Assembly (NCBI GenBank): GCA_001642005.1
Contig: LWCA01000042.1
Coordinates: 1 to 64,000 of the forward strand
DNA: 64,000 nt
Source of the DNA: Intoshia linei
Taxonomy: Eukaryota; Animalia; Orthonectida
Direction of reading: 5' to 3'
Both the position numbers and the translations under genes were made by a program. Positions 1 through 12,600 of the stretch are shown here, one piece after another; position 1 is the first letter of the stretch; every line of letters begins with the position of its first letter. The notes under the pieces are model-generated. The model was given only the letters and a program-made list of their open reading frames with translations, was not told the origin of the DNA and made no database searches.

Positions 1-4
1 TTAT

Positions 5-951
5 TTTATGATAATGATGTTTCATCAACATCGTTATAATTCCACGTAGCTACGAAGACATTTCGAGCACAAACAGTAATCATATGAATTCTTTCTTTCC
101 TGGTCAGATTACTCTTTGATACAAGGTATTTTGAAGGATTACCTTTTATTATCAGGTTTTAATTTGATATTTTAAATCGATGTCGTTTATAAGAATAAAA
201 AAGCTCAGAAATACTAATATAAAACGCGCAAATCATGTAAAAGTAAATTCTTTGGTATTAAATTAAATTACTTTACATTTGTAAAAACTTATTGGGAAAC
301 CTCCATTATTCTATTTTAGGAGCATCGGTTTTATTTAATTATTTTATTAAAATTTATGACTGAGCCAAGTTTCTATTCATAAAAAAAGCTTTAAATTGAA
401 AATGGGACAAAAAATCAGTCAATATTCATTATTCTATGAGACATCAACCAAGGGATAAATAATATTAATTTTTCAAAGGGATGATAAATAATATAGACTT
501 TTTATTAATCTGATAAAATATGTTGTAAACAATTAATAATGTACTGTAAACAATACTTGAAAAACATGTTTCATTTTGGGAACATTGACGAGTTAAAGAT
601 TAATATTAATAGTTCATCAAGTTTATCACCTATCAAAAATAGAGTACTCCATGTCTTTTGACCATCATTTGTTTCACCCAAATGTAATGATTCATTAAAA
701 ATTGTGATTATTATTAATTTTTTTGGGTCCACAGGTTTTTTTAATATCATCTTAGGGGTCGACAGCGAAATAGGGTTAAGAATGCCTGGTATAAAACATG
801 AATTATGGCTGAACGGAAATGTGTTAATGCGTGGAACTTCGTTAATTGTTCTATATAATAGGTTGAGAATGTCTGTTCTACAAGGTATTTCTCCCTCCAC
901 CCATCGATTATGATTATTTGTAATACACCAATAATAAACTACACGTATCAA
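5..951 (-). CDS. Putative coding exons of unassigned identity (571-951 ORF; terminal-looking exon ~142-5, GNPSKYLVSKSNLTRKERIHMITVCARNVFVATWNYNDVDETSLS*)
   Basis: Open frames with exon-like composition and AG/GT-like boundaries; no family recognised. Relation to the RFC3 3' end is unresolved. Confidence 0.35.
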
Positions 952-1099
952 TAATCACTGGGGTACAATAGTAAATAGTGGTATTTTTAAGTAAAATTTT
1001 ATTGGATTTATTTTTAGGTAGAATTAAAAAAGTTTGCCATCGGCAGTTAGCTGCTGTTTCTCTCAATAATAATGTCAAGCTAGTATCCAATAAAAAAAC

Positions 1100-3023
1100 C
1101 TTGTGGTATTTGCTGCTTCAGCCATTAAAATAGCTTTTCGTAAATTATAATCTGATTCAATCATTAAACTATCTATAAACTCATTATTGTTAAATTTATC
1201 AATGTATTTGATATTTTTCTTTTCTCTAGCAAATATTTCAGTCAAAATTTCTCGAAACTAAATTATATCATCATTATTAAATAAATCCTTACTTATATAA
1301 ACTAGTGATTGTGATTTCCCAGGAAATGACAAAAGTTGAGAACCGGAAAATTTAATTTTTAATTTCCCGGGAAAAATAAAAAAATTTATTCATATATAAT
1401 ATAGAAGCATTAAAAATTTTAGAGACCTTAATTAATTTTAGAAACAAAAAGAAATTTAATTAATAAAATAACACGAATCTAGATTAAAATTTAATTTACA
1501 AATTTAATTAGAAAACAATTTATTTATTTTAGATTGTTGAAAAAGTGTTTTAAAACGCACAAAATATTGATAAATTCGTCTTTTAAAAACGTTCTATGTT
1601 TTGTAACGAAATTAAAAGCAGAAAGAGAAATTTCTTTCATTTTGTGTTGACGTAAATTTAACGGTCATAAGGGTTACCTTTAATTTTAACAATATTAATG
1701 ATAGCGCTTCAGTTCGTAACAACTCATAATATTTTTCAAAATAATATTGGAAAAAAAGGATAATTCCCTTAAGCGTTAGTAATTTGTGGTTGGAATAAGA
1801 GGTTTTTAAAAAAAATATTGGAAAAATGATATTTTTCCATTAAGGGCTGGAAAATTAGATTTTTTATTTGTGGTTTGATGAAGTACATTTTTTTCAGAAG
1901 ATTTCGTAAAATCGGATTTTTGAAATAAATATAGGTGTAAGTCAATTTTTCCATGAGAGCTTGAAATGGTATTTTTGTTTAAATTTTATTAGTGGTGGGA
2001 TTTTTGAAATGGTAAATTTTAAATATAATATAATCATATTTTCATAGTAATAATAAACATAAATCAAATACATGTATGTCTCAATTTTTTTCGGGAAATC
2101 CCGAGAATTTTGTCATGGCACAATCACTAATATAAAGTAAAAAGGATAAAAATGTATGTGAATTTATTTGTTAGAGTTTATTTAAGAAAATAAGGGGACT
2201 CGAGTTTTACAAATTCCATATTTCTATAACAGATTTTCCAGTTATGTTTTATCACAAATTTACAATTTCAGAAATTGAATCCTTCAAAATTAAAAACCCA
2301 ATTGTCCTTTATTTATAAATTATAAAAAATAAATATTCTAATAAAAAGTTTTAAATTCATCAATATTATGATAATTTTCAATTTCAAAATCTTATATCTT
2401 CACGACCAAAACCACAAATTACCCTTTTTTTTAAAAATCAACTAGTATATTAATATTACCTCATCTTGATTTGGCGAAGGAACTCTGACAATAAAACACC
2501 GACTTTGAACAGCAGAAGTAATCATGGTCAAAGAATTTGTAACAAAAAAAATGCGACATGTGCCCATATACCTTTCCATAGTGCGTCGCATAGCATTTTG
2601 TGCTGAAAAAGACAAAGTTTGAGCATCATTAATAACGACAACATTAAATTTTTTAGAATTTCCTATATTCAAAGTTCGAGACTTTGCCATTGTCTTAATC
2701 AATTCTTGAACTACAACTCTATCATGTATACCAGCTTCACTTGGATTGACAACAATATGGTGATTACTTGAAACGGTTTCAATTTCGACAGTTTTATTTG
2801 ACGGAGTTTTAAATTCATGACTATCAATTCTGACCTTTTCCACCTGACTTCCAAATATTTGACGTAATAAACATTTAACTAATGTATGTCTTCCCGAACC
2901 ATTTGCACCATGAAAAAGCAAATGACAATTATCTTGTGCCACAGATTTTAATTTATCATGAATATTTCGATGAAGTATCATTGAATCGAATTTAATCGGT
3001 CTGTGTTGATCTGCCCAAAGCAT
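1100..3023 (-). CDS. RFC3: Replication factor C subunit 3 (38 kDa); exon 1 3023-2460, exon 2 1257-~1100; 3' exons not confidently located
   Basis: MLWADQHRP, degenerate P-loop HLLFHGANGSGRHT, IETVSSNHHIVVNPSEAGIHDRVVVQELIK, AQNAMRRTMERY, SRC motif; exon 2 encodes DYNLRKAILMAEA (RFC3 NLRKALLM). Confidence 0.9.
1303..2129 (-). mobile_element. Non-autonomous hAT element in RFC3 intron 1 retaining a transposase C-terminal (dimerisation) remnant
   Basis: TIRs TAGTGATTGTG / CACAATCACTA; near-perfect 8-bp TSD ATATAAAC/ATATAAAG; minus-strand ~1660-1540 reads TSTQNERNFS.(frameshift)..FVTKHRTFLKDEFINILCVLKHFF. Confidence 0.8.
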
Positions 3024-3147
3024 TTTGTTGAAATTTGAAAAATTTAAACGGAACTGTAGTTCATTTACAAAAATAAAAAAAATTTACAATATAATTTATT
3101 TAGGACTTTACAAGGTAGGATATTAAAAATCAAATGTAAAAAATTCG

Positions 3148-6100
3148 TCATCTAGAACGCGAGTTCAAAACGTCTTCACATAGTGAATTTAAGGAATTCA
3201 ATTTTTGCATCTAAAATAGACATTTTAAATTTTGATAAAAATGTAAACTTTTTGATTAATAGTAATTTTGAGGGATTGTAATTCAATGTCGTGTTTTTTT
3301 AATATGGCTTCAAATCTAGCATTTTCTATATTTGATTTAATCGTGTTTTGTTGGCAATCGTTTTCATATTTTATTTTTAAATTGAATAATTGACTAAGTT
3401 CGTCATTTTTTCTATTATACAAATTAATCATATTCTCATGTTGTATGCTGATAAGATCAAATTTTTCTTGAGCTTCCTAGAAGAATATAATTATTTTTTA
3501 TTCAAAATTCAAAAATAGATATAATTTATTCAAATTTGAATAATTTAAACACATTTAATATTCACCGTCAACACAAATTTTTACCTTTTGGGTGCAATTA
3601 ATATTTTCTCTAAGTTTTATACATCTTTCGTTAAGCATTTTCAAATAATCTTGACCCGTGAGTAATGATTTGACTATACGTTCTCGTTCTTTAATTAAAC
3701 GATCATGTTGATGCTGACATTTGTTAAATTTTTCACTCAGTTCGGTAGAAATTTGTTCAAATTCGTTTACCATCTTTCTAGAAATATAATGCATTCAAAA
3801 TTAACAATTTTCTAAATTACTGCAATTCGTTTGACTGTTTTTGGTTAGATTTAGCTTTTCCAGACACTTCACTCAATTTCTTTTTTGAAATTTTAATTTT
3901 AGCTAGCCATTCTTGGTCAATAATTTCCTTTTCTTTTTCAAAATCACATTTTAATTTTTTTTTTAAATTGTTAAAATCATTCTCAGAGTATTTTAAAACG
4001 GGTGTTATCATTACTCCAGATGATCCATTTTTGCTGGATATTGACTAAATTTGATTCATCAGTAAATAAAATTAAATTTAATCAAATATAATCTAATCAT
4101 TGAGCCACGTATACGTATTGATTTTATTATTCAATGAATTTATAAATCAGTGAATGACAGAAATGAAACTTGCTGGTATTAATTTAATTTTTGCGTTTGC
4201 ACACCCGCCCATGAATAAGCTACAAATTATTAAGGTCAAAAAATATATATTTGTAAAATCACAGTAAGCAGAGTTAAAATTTATCCATCGCTAATATAGT
4301 GTTTTTCAACAGGTGTTGGGAAAATTTTTGTGATTGAAATTTATGGTTCCAACTAAAACTGGTTCGCAATCACTAGTTTAAGATTTTTGCAAAATATTTT
4401 TGTTTGTGCTTCTAATAAAATGTATTTTCTTTAAGGGGTTAGAAAAATAAATATTTACCTAAAATAATTTTTAAAATGGATTTGTCCATAAAAATTTGAT
4501 ATATAGCAAGTATTTCATTAAAACATTAGTTAACGATTGGAGCCGGAACCTCTTGTTGGTTCAAAATCATATTTCTGTAGTTCGTGAGATTTAAATAAAA
4601 TATACAAACTTTTTATCAAATTTTGTTAATATTTATTAGACATTTGTCAGATGTTGGGAATATATCCAAAAGCCTAGAAGTACACTTATACAACACTTAA
4701 TTGGAAAAATCCTTTTTTTCTAATATTTTTTTGAAAAAAAACTTAATTTTTTGATAAATGTTTTATAATGCATGTTTCCTTTTGGGTCCAAAAAAATAAA
4801 TATTTTGAAATGGCGGTATGTACAATATTTAATTGGAAACCACTACATAGAAAGGATGTTCAAAATAGGTTTTTCTCAAATGTTTGCATAACACATTCAT
4901 CAAAGTGGATTTATCTACAAAAATTTTGCTAAAATAAATTTTTTTCTTAAAGAATAGTTAAAAGTGGATATTACTCAAAGAATATGGTAAAAATAAATGT
5001 ATTCCTAAAATAATGCTACAAAATAGATTTATATACAAACATTTGGGAATTTAAACAAAAGGGATTTTCTCACTAAGAAATCACTGCGTTTTCTAAAAAA
5101 ATTTGCTAAAAATAAATTTTTTTTTTATCCTTTAAATAAATTAAATAAAATTGAAGACGTGCGTGTTAACGGTATATTAAAAAAATTAAGTCTTAGAATA
5201 TAAAAAATTCAAAATATACTACAATTTTTTGCAGGTGATGCATATATCTATGTTTTATTTTCGAAGTTGTGTCCTTTATAGTAAAAAACCCAATTTGCCC
5301 TTTTTTTGAGAATAAAATTAGCCCAAAAATTTCCAAAAAAAAGTAAAAATTCAGGGTCGCGTTTAAAACCATTAACATTGTCGTACTCACTTATGGGATA
5401 ACCAAATATTTCATTTTCTCAAATGATTTGCAAAACATACATTACTTCACTAATATCATGATATAAAATAATTAATTTATTTTTTTCAGTCTTAGTATAA
5501 GATCATAAAAAAGTCGATTTTTCTCTCAATCTAAAGGCGGTACAAGTTGATGTACCTATAAATATTTGGTAAAAATAATATTCATAATTTATTCCTTACG
5601 CTATTATCGTATTTTACTCAAAAAATATGGTAAAAACAAATTATTTAATAATTATTTTAAAGTAAATTAATGTTTTTAAATTGATTTATCAGTAATAATT
5701 TGGTAAAAATCAATTTTCTCATAAAAATTATAAATTGAATAGTAGTCAAAAGTGGATTTACTCAAAAATCTGCATTTTCGACGATTCCTCACAACATTCA
5801 TTTTACGTTAAGAAAACATTTAAAAATTATATAGTTTTTTTATTTATATTGATTTAAAATACAGTGCGCGACATAAGTCTTAGGCACCCTACACATTCTC
5901 ATTAAAAACCACTATAAAGTTAATAAGGCGAATTTTAAACTTGAAATTAAATATCAGACTAATTAAAGAATTATCTCACCAATGTATAACCATGCTTATG
6001 TCATAAACTACCTATAAAAACATACATTTTAATACGGTTTTGTTTGCGATATTAAAAATATTGACCACATAAGTCTTAGGCAGCTTGATAATTTCAATTA

Positions 6101-8183
6101 AAATTAATTAAATATCCATAAAAACGAAAAAGGTAATGAATTACTAATGATCTATTAATTAAAAATAACTATTTGTTTAGTAAATGACGCGAATAAGTGA
6201 CAAAAAAGATATAATGCCGTGTCTTAATGCAAGGAAGAAAAAATTCAGGGTTTTATGAGTAAAACCTTTAGTATTTCTCGATGTTCGTTTCAAAATATTA
6301 TTAAAAAATACAAAAAGCGTTTATACATAGATTACTTGCCAAGATCAAATCGAAAACACATGCTAACAGCCAGAGAAGAGACTATTATAATAAAGGAATA
6401 AAAGAAAAACCCTTGCTTGACAGTATTAAAGGTTAAAATACACACCAGCATTACAAAAAAGCCTAGTTTAAAGACGGTGCAACCTGTGTTATATAGATTT
6501 GGATTATATATAAGAATTGCAAGTCGAAAACTGTTTCTTAAAAAATTTCACCGAACAAATCGTTTTAAAAGGTGTAAGTAAAAAGTGATATGGACAAACC
6601 AATGGAAAAATATAAGCTTCACTGATGAAAGTTGATTTGAATTATTTACAAAAGGAAGAGTATACGTTCGAAAACGTAAAAAACAAAATTCTTATCAACG
6701 TACATAAGTAGAAGTATTACAAATACCCAGTAAAATATGATTTGGGTGGTATTAGGGCAAATGCAAAAAGAGTATTAATAAAGTGTATGGGAGAAATAAA
6801 TGCTCAAGAATATCAGAGAATCCTTAGAAAAGCAAACAAATAACATTTTTGGATGAATTGAATAAACATCAAGATTGTGAACCGTGTCAAACAGCAAAGA
6901 CAACCCGTCCATTTATAAGGGGTAATCGTATAAAATAATTAAAAGATTGACCGATACAAAGTCCAGATTTAAACATTATTGAAGACATGTCAAAAATTTG
7001 AAAGAAACCGTTTATAAGCTATACCCAGTCAACTTAGAAGAACTATGGAGATATATACACGACGAATGGGACCGCGTACCTCTAGAAACTATTCAAGGTT
7101 TGTATGCCTCATTGCCCAGAAGAATTGTATCAGTTATACAAAATAAAGGATGAAATACTAAATATTAGTAATTTTATATATATTTATCTAATATTTTCAT
7201 TTAATTAACATAATTAATTGTATTATTTTATAGGTGCCTAAGACTTATGTCGCTTGGAATTTTGCAATTTTAATTAAAAATACCTATATTTCATTAATTA
7301 TTAAATTTTTTTTATAGTTTTTACTTTTTTAAGGTTGTTAAATATTTGTTCTTAATGATACACTAGATATGATATAAGAAAATGTCTTAAATCATGAAAC
7401 AGGAATGTTTAAATTAATTACAGTTGAAATGCCTAAGACTTATGTCGGGCACTGTAGACCATTTGACCGTGTATATTACTGTATATGGGATATTAAACAT
7501 TGCTAAGTACTAAATATACAAGTATGTTATAATAAAAATAAATACATCAGATTCATTTGAAATTTGCCGGGTGTTATTTAACTCAAAAGTAGTATATTGG
7601 TTTTCAACAATATTAGGTATTTTTTCTTGTTGTGTCAAGCTACAATAAAATAATGATACAATTTAAAACAAAAAAACTCATTAATAGAATTATCTAATTT
7701 AGAAGCTTCTAAATCCAAACTAGAATATCTGTCAATAATGCTTGAAGTATTGGCTGAACCATCTTTAATAGAACTGCTAGTTTCTGTTTTATTTTCATCT
7801 ACATACATGGGATCAAATCGAGTCAAAATTGACTGTCTAGGCATATTAGCATTTTTCTAAAACAATTTAAATTCACCAATTTGATCATTTACTTTTTGAA
7901 CACAAAGATTTTTCCATTTACCCGATGTATCATTTACTAAAAAATAAAATTAAACTATTAAACAAACATTTAAAATTTTATTGATTCAAGTTCAATAATT
8001 TCAGTATAATAATTATTACTATTCATTTTAAATGCCATTAAAATTAAAAATCAATAAATTACCTTCTTTAGGCGAAAATGTTTCATTTTGTAATTTTTGA
8101 TAATTTTCATTTTCTTTTTGTGTATAATTTACTGAATCATCAAAATTTATTAAATTTTCTGGTTCCATGTATGAATTTTTCAT
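3148..8183 (-). CDS. TACC: TACC-family (transforming acidic coiled-coil) protein, multi-exon; 5' extent uncertain
   Basis: RQSILTRFDPM (TACC RQSLYLKFDPL motif) at ~7840; coiled-coil exons 4045-3148 from KYSENDF to LKKHDIELQSLKITINQK/MQKLNSLNSLCEDVL match the TACC domain end ([26 protein letters not shown]). Confidence 0.75.
4420..5790. repeat. Degenerate ~30-bp tandem repeat (AAAGTGGATTTACTCAAAAAATATGGTAAA-like) in a TACC intron
   Basis: Consecutive ~30-nt units visible at 4902-5050; further copies near 4473, 5610 and 5748. Confidence 0.5.
5862..7454 (+). mobile_element. Tc1-family transposon, near full length, with pseudogenised transposase (~6184-7168)
   Basis: TA TSDs; termini CAGTGCGCGACATAAGTCTTAGGCA / TGCCTAAGACTTATGTCGGGCACTG; inner repeats at ~6068 and ~7235 (IR/DR layout); FTDES, MIW.GI, HQD, SPDLNIIED motifs with stops and frameshifts. 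Confidence 0.93.
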
Positions 8184-8789
8184 TTCAATGTCTGATATTG
8201 TTATTATAAATGTTACATTTTATTTATAATTTACGAAAATTAATTTATTAGTATCATGGTGTGATACCATGTGTATTTCCAGTTGATGTACAAATTTCGA
8301 TACACTGCATTTAGCGCGAAATGTTATGAAAATATCTTTATTTATTTACATTTTTGATAAAATAATGAAAATAAATAATGTTGATATTTTATTGAAGTGG
8401 ATTTGGCGGTTGAATATATGAGTCTAACTATATAATTTAGTACAAAATGATGAAAATATTATTCAATAACTAATTAATTTTTTTTTATGTTATTCTCGCA
8501 AGTTTATAAATTGTTTGGTTTGACAATGAAGACGTTTACTTTAGTTAAAGTGGCCAGTAAAATACGTACTATCACTTTTAGTTTATTTTGAATAAATTTT
8601 AAGCCCAAAATTTTTATTCGTCATCATAGATAAGTAGTTTTGGCTTTAAATATTTAAATTTCATTAAACAGTTTAAAGTAAAACTTTATTTATATTTTAT
8701 TAATTTATAATAAAATAAAGTTGTGCTCATCTTAATTATATCGTAAAAAAACAATAACCTTGTTATAATTTTTATTTTGATTGGCATAA

Positions 8790-9349
8790 ATGCAGGTTGA
8801 AGGAATAGACAAATTTATACAGGATAATTGTGATTGCAAATACATATTGATCGAATCGACATGTAGATTCACAAAAGAAAAAAAATTGTACGTTAGATTT
8901 AACACGGAGAAATTTTATCACTGTAAATTTAAATTTTATCAATATCGCGATTACGTACACAATTTTCCGGAATTTTTTTTTCCATCTATCATGATAATAA
9001 AAATGTATCAAATTTTCAAGATTCTTAAAAAATTTTTTCAGAATACACCCTAAAAGTGAATCATTTTTAAAAATCACGTGGTGTAAAATAAACTATTTTT
9101 ATTATTAGACGAAATATTTGATGATTTTGATGAAACAAATGACAAGGCTACAAATAAATGTTTAGGAGGTGGATATCTCAAAGGAGACAATGAAAGCAAT
9201 TCGCTACATATTTATGGAATTTCCATAGTAAATTATCCTTATTATATCTAGATTAAATATTGTAGGGATACGGGAAGGCTAATCACAGTGTTACCAGTGA
9301 TTTAATTAAACAATACTATTCTCAGTATACAATAATAATTGATGATTAA
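8790..9349 (+). CDS. PHPT1: Janus/ocnus-family 14-kDa phosphohistidine phosphatase; exons 8790-8922, 9109-9227, 9266-9349
   Basis: Spliced product ...CKYILIE...LYVRFNTEKFYHYEIFD...KCLGGGYL...LHIYGISIGYGKANHSVTSDLIKQYYSQY has the KY.LI, YH, CLGGG, YG.S..YG.A.H family motifs; canonical GT-AG introns. Confidence 0.88.
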
Positions 9350-9472
9350 CAATATTAATGAATTATATACAATTTAATCTCATCTTTGTGTTAACGACAG
9401 TTTGTATCATTTTCAGTTAAAATTAAATATTCTTATCTTACTTTACTTTAAAAAAAATTTTTCTACAAAGCA

Positions 9473-9673
9473 ATGGACATTGATACCACCAACGAAGAAA
9501 TTGCATTAATTATAAATGAAAAGACACCGTTAAGAAAGAAGATATCAAAAAATTGTATTTCAGGAATGTCAACAACTGGTCAAATAATATGCGCAATCTT
9601 TCCCTTTTTGTGTTTTGGTTACTCAATTTTTGTGTTAATTTACATGTACGGTTATAATAAATATATGCTTTAA
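9473..9673 (+). CDS. Putative 66-aa single-pass membrane microprotein
   Basis: ATG ORF with EKTPL motif followed by one hydrophobic segment IICAIFPFLCFGYSIFVLIYMY; no homologue recognised. Confidence 0.35.
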   Translation: MDIDTTNEEIALIINEKTPLRKKISKNCISGMSTTGQIICAIFPFLCFGYSIFVLIYMYGYNKYML

Positions 9674-9677
9674 TTTA

Positions 9678-12600
9678 CCTGGTAGAGTAAACGTAGATTT
9701 ATCGTATGGTACATGATTTGAAAGTAATTGATTAATGTTTTGTGAATATTTTTCTTTGTTTTCAACAATTTCCTGTGCTAAAAGATGATATTCATTTTGT
9801 GAATTATCTTGTAATTTATTTTCTGAATCTGATGCGTAGAAATTACTAATATCGTTTTTTATTTTTTTATTTATACCGTTACTCATATCTTCATCTTGTC
9901 CTCGGTAATTTTCATGAAAATCTTTTTCAAATTGATCATTTATTTTAATTTTTGAATTAATGTTGGTGTCCGAATCCAAAACTAATTTAAAAGATTTATC
10001 TATGACTGACTTGGAATTCATCGTTTCGTCATTACTAGCAATGTCATTTTGATAGTCTTGATAAACACTGCTCTCTGTCAATTCATGAGAGTGAATTCTA
10101 TTTATATCTTTATCAGTATATTCAATATTGGATGCATTTTCAAAATCACTTTTTTTTGAATTTGTCCAAGAGTTATTATTGCTACTTACGATGTAACTTG
10201 CATTTCCTTTGTGTATTGTATAACTACAATTTGAACCATTTTCGTCTTGTCTGTTTACCCAGTCATAATGACTTTCATCAGTTTCCCAATTTATACTTGC
10301 GGGGACTATTTCTTGTGTATTCTCGTAAGGTTCTATAATGTAACTTGCATTACTTTTTTCTTCGCTAGATGTAATTGTATAACTTTTATCATCTCTAGGT
10401 ATTTTTTCTGTTTTATAAAAAAATGTTTTCTTTGAATTATTTTCACAAGCTAAACTGTAGTCTTCGTCTTCCGAATTAGGCATACCTATTTTTGAAATTA
10501 AATATATTAATTTTGTGGAATGGGTTTGTAATAGTGTTCATTTTAATGATTGAAAGATTTACACCTTGAAAAATTATTCAATTAACAGTACACTTGTGTA
10601 TATAAAAAAAATTTTTTACCTCACTTTAAAAATGCTAGAGTAGGTGGATCACTTTTTCCCAGATCCCTTGGGCGCACTTGGAACTAATTAAAAAAAGATA
10701 TGCATACAAAGCAAATAATATATATTAAGCATTTTAAATAAGTTACATATCTATTAAAATACTTTACTAGTGTATAAAATTTTGCAAATCTAAGATAAAA
10801 ATTTGTTATTTCGATACAAACTTAAAAAAATTTGATGGAACAGATCGTAACTGAAGTGGTTTACAGCTCGTTATCAATTTTGATTTGGAATATATTAAAT
10901 TTGATAGGCCCCATTAGTGCGCCCGCCGCAGAGATTGAGAAATATTAAGGTAAGGGAACACTTGCGAAATTTGAATATTTCTAAAACCAAAGTTAGATTT
11001 TCAACGTTAACTTATTTTTTAAGTATAATAAAAATGTGCCCTCGGCAGAGCTAGGTTCTGTTTGTACGTAGTACATAACAGTCCACCTAGTTATTGTATA
11101 TTTCTTGTGAAACACAAATTGTTACAATATTAAAAAATTTAAATTATCATGTAAATTTAAATTAAATTTGAAAATCGATGGAACTTTAAAGTTTAATTTA
11201 AAAACTTTTTAAATCAAGTTTATTAACAAGTTTAATTTATTTTAAATTTTAAACTTGTTTCTCTATATTAATCAAAATCATATGAATTTTACTGTAATGT
11301 ACGATTTAGGTGTATTATTTATAAAACATTTTTATAGATTAACTTAAGATTGATTAACGGGTTAGCCCAGTTGTTCCCAAAGTTTTTCCACCATGGATCA
11401 CTTGTCACACAATAATTTCCTTAATCCTGAACACGTCATTAATTTAATATTTATATTTTATTACATAAATATTCACAATGTATATATTCCTCCTTAAATC
11501 ACAAATTTTACATTACTTTTGACATGGTAGCTTCAATAGCGTAATTAAAAAATTATTAATTCAAACATACTTATGGCGATCTATTAGTCCCGAACCTATT
11601 GTATTCGAGATCCTTCTATTGAGGGATCTCGACGAAATTTTTTTTAAATGGTGTCTTTAATTTGTTAAATTGAGCATTAAAAAAATTCTTGAATATCAAC
11701 CAATTTGTGTGATAAATTTAAAATCTCAACTCAAGATTATAAATTTCATAGATATTAGGATGGTTATATGCATTTAAACATTTATATATGACTGCATATA
11801 TAGTCATTACCAGTTTACACACTTTTGCGTATCTCAAAGCCTTATAAATTATGTATATTTTTAAAAAATCCAAATTTTTCGCCAGGTATACAGGTCGATA
11901 ACTAATGGGTTAAGTTGATATTTGATATAAACGTACCTCGTTTGCTATCACGGTATTTTTTACTACTATTACTTATGACAAATGATGTTTTTTCAGTTTC
12001 TGACTGTAAATCAGATTTAATCGACTTGTAATTCTTTTCATGATTGTATGATGTATCTAAAATATAGTACTAAGTATATTACTGTATTAGTATAGTTGAC
12101 CACAAATTGTTTGAATTTAAATATAATTTTCATTTTTGATGAATATTGAATTTTCCCCTTTCCATTCACACTTATTATAATAATAATAATTATTCGCGTA
12201 TGGATGTGAAAATAATGTAATTTATATACAGTCTAATATCATATCATATGAAGAGTTTCAAATCTGGAGGTTTATAACATTTTGGTGGCAATATAAATTG
12301 AAATAATTTATATTTTTTACGGGGAATGCGTAGATTTCTGGATTACTTTTTTGTCTATATCAAGTTTATATTGTTAACTGGAACAAGCTGCGCCAGAATA
12401 ATCTTTTTTTTAAATTCTAGAATTCAATATTTCAAATTTCTTGTTTTATTATTAATAAAATAGATACCAATAAAAAAATGCATTCCAAAGTGTTTTTTCA
12501 CAGTGAAGGTATCACTCTGTCAGATTGAAATTTTTTATGTGTGTTAACTGGATATCACTGTATCAGTTGTATTTTTTTTAAATTTTAGGACTAATCATTA

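Noticed and set aside
1769-1954. 61-aa repetitive ORF (also 5193-5390, 37902-38090, 42362-42565, 45951-46232, 49995-50255)
   Set aside because: Arise from AT-rich repeats or MITEs; F/I/K/L-biased with no family motifs.
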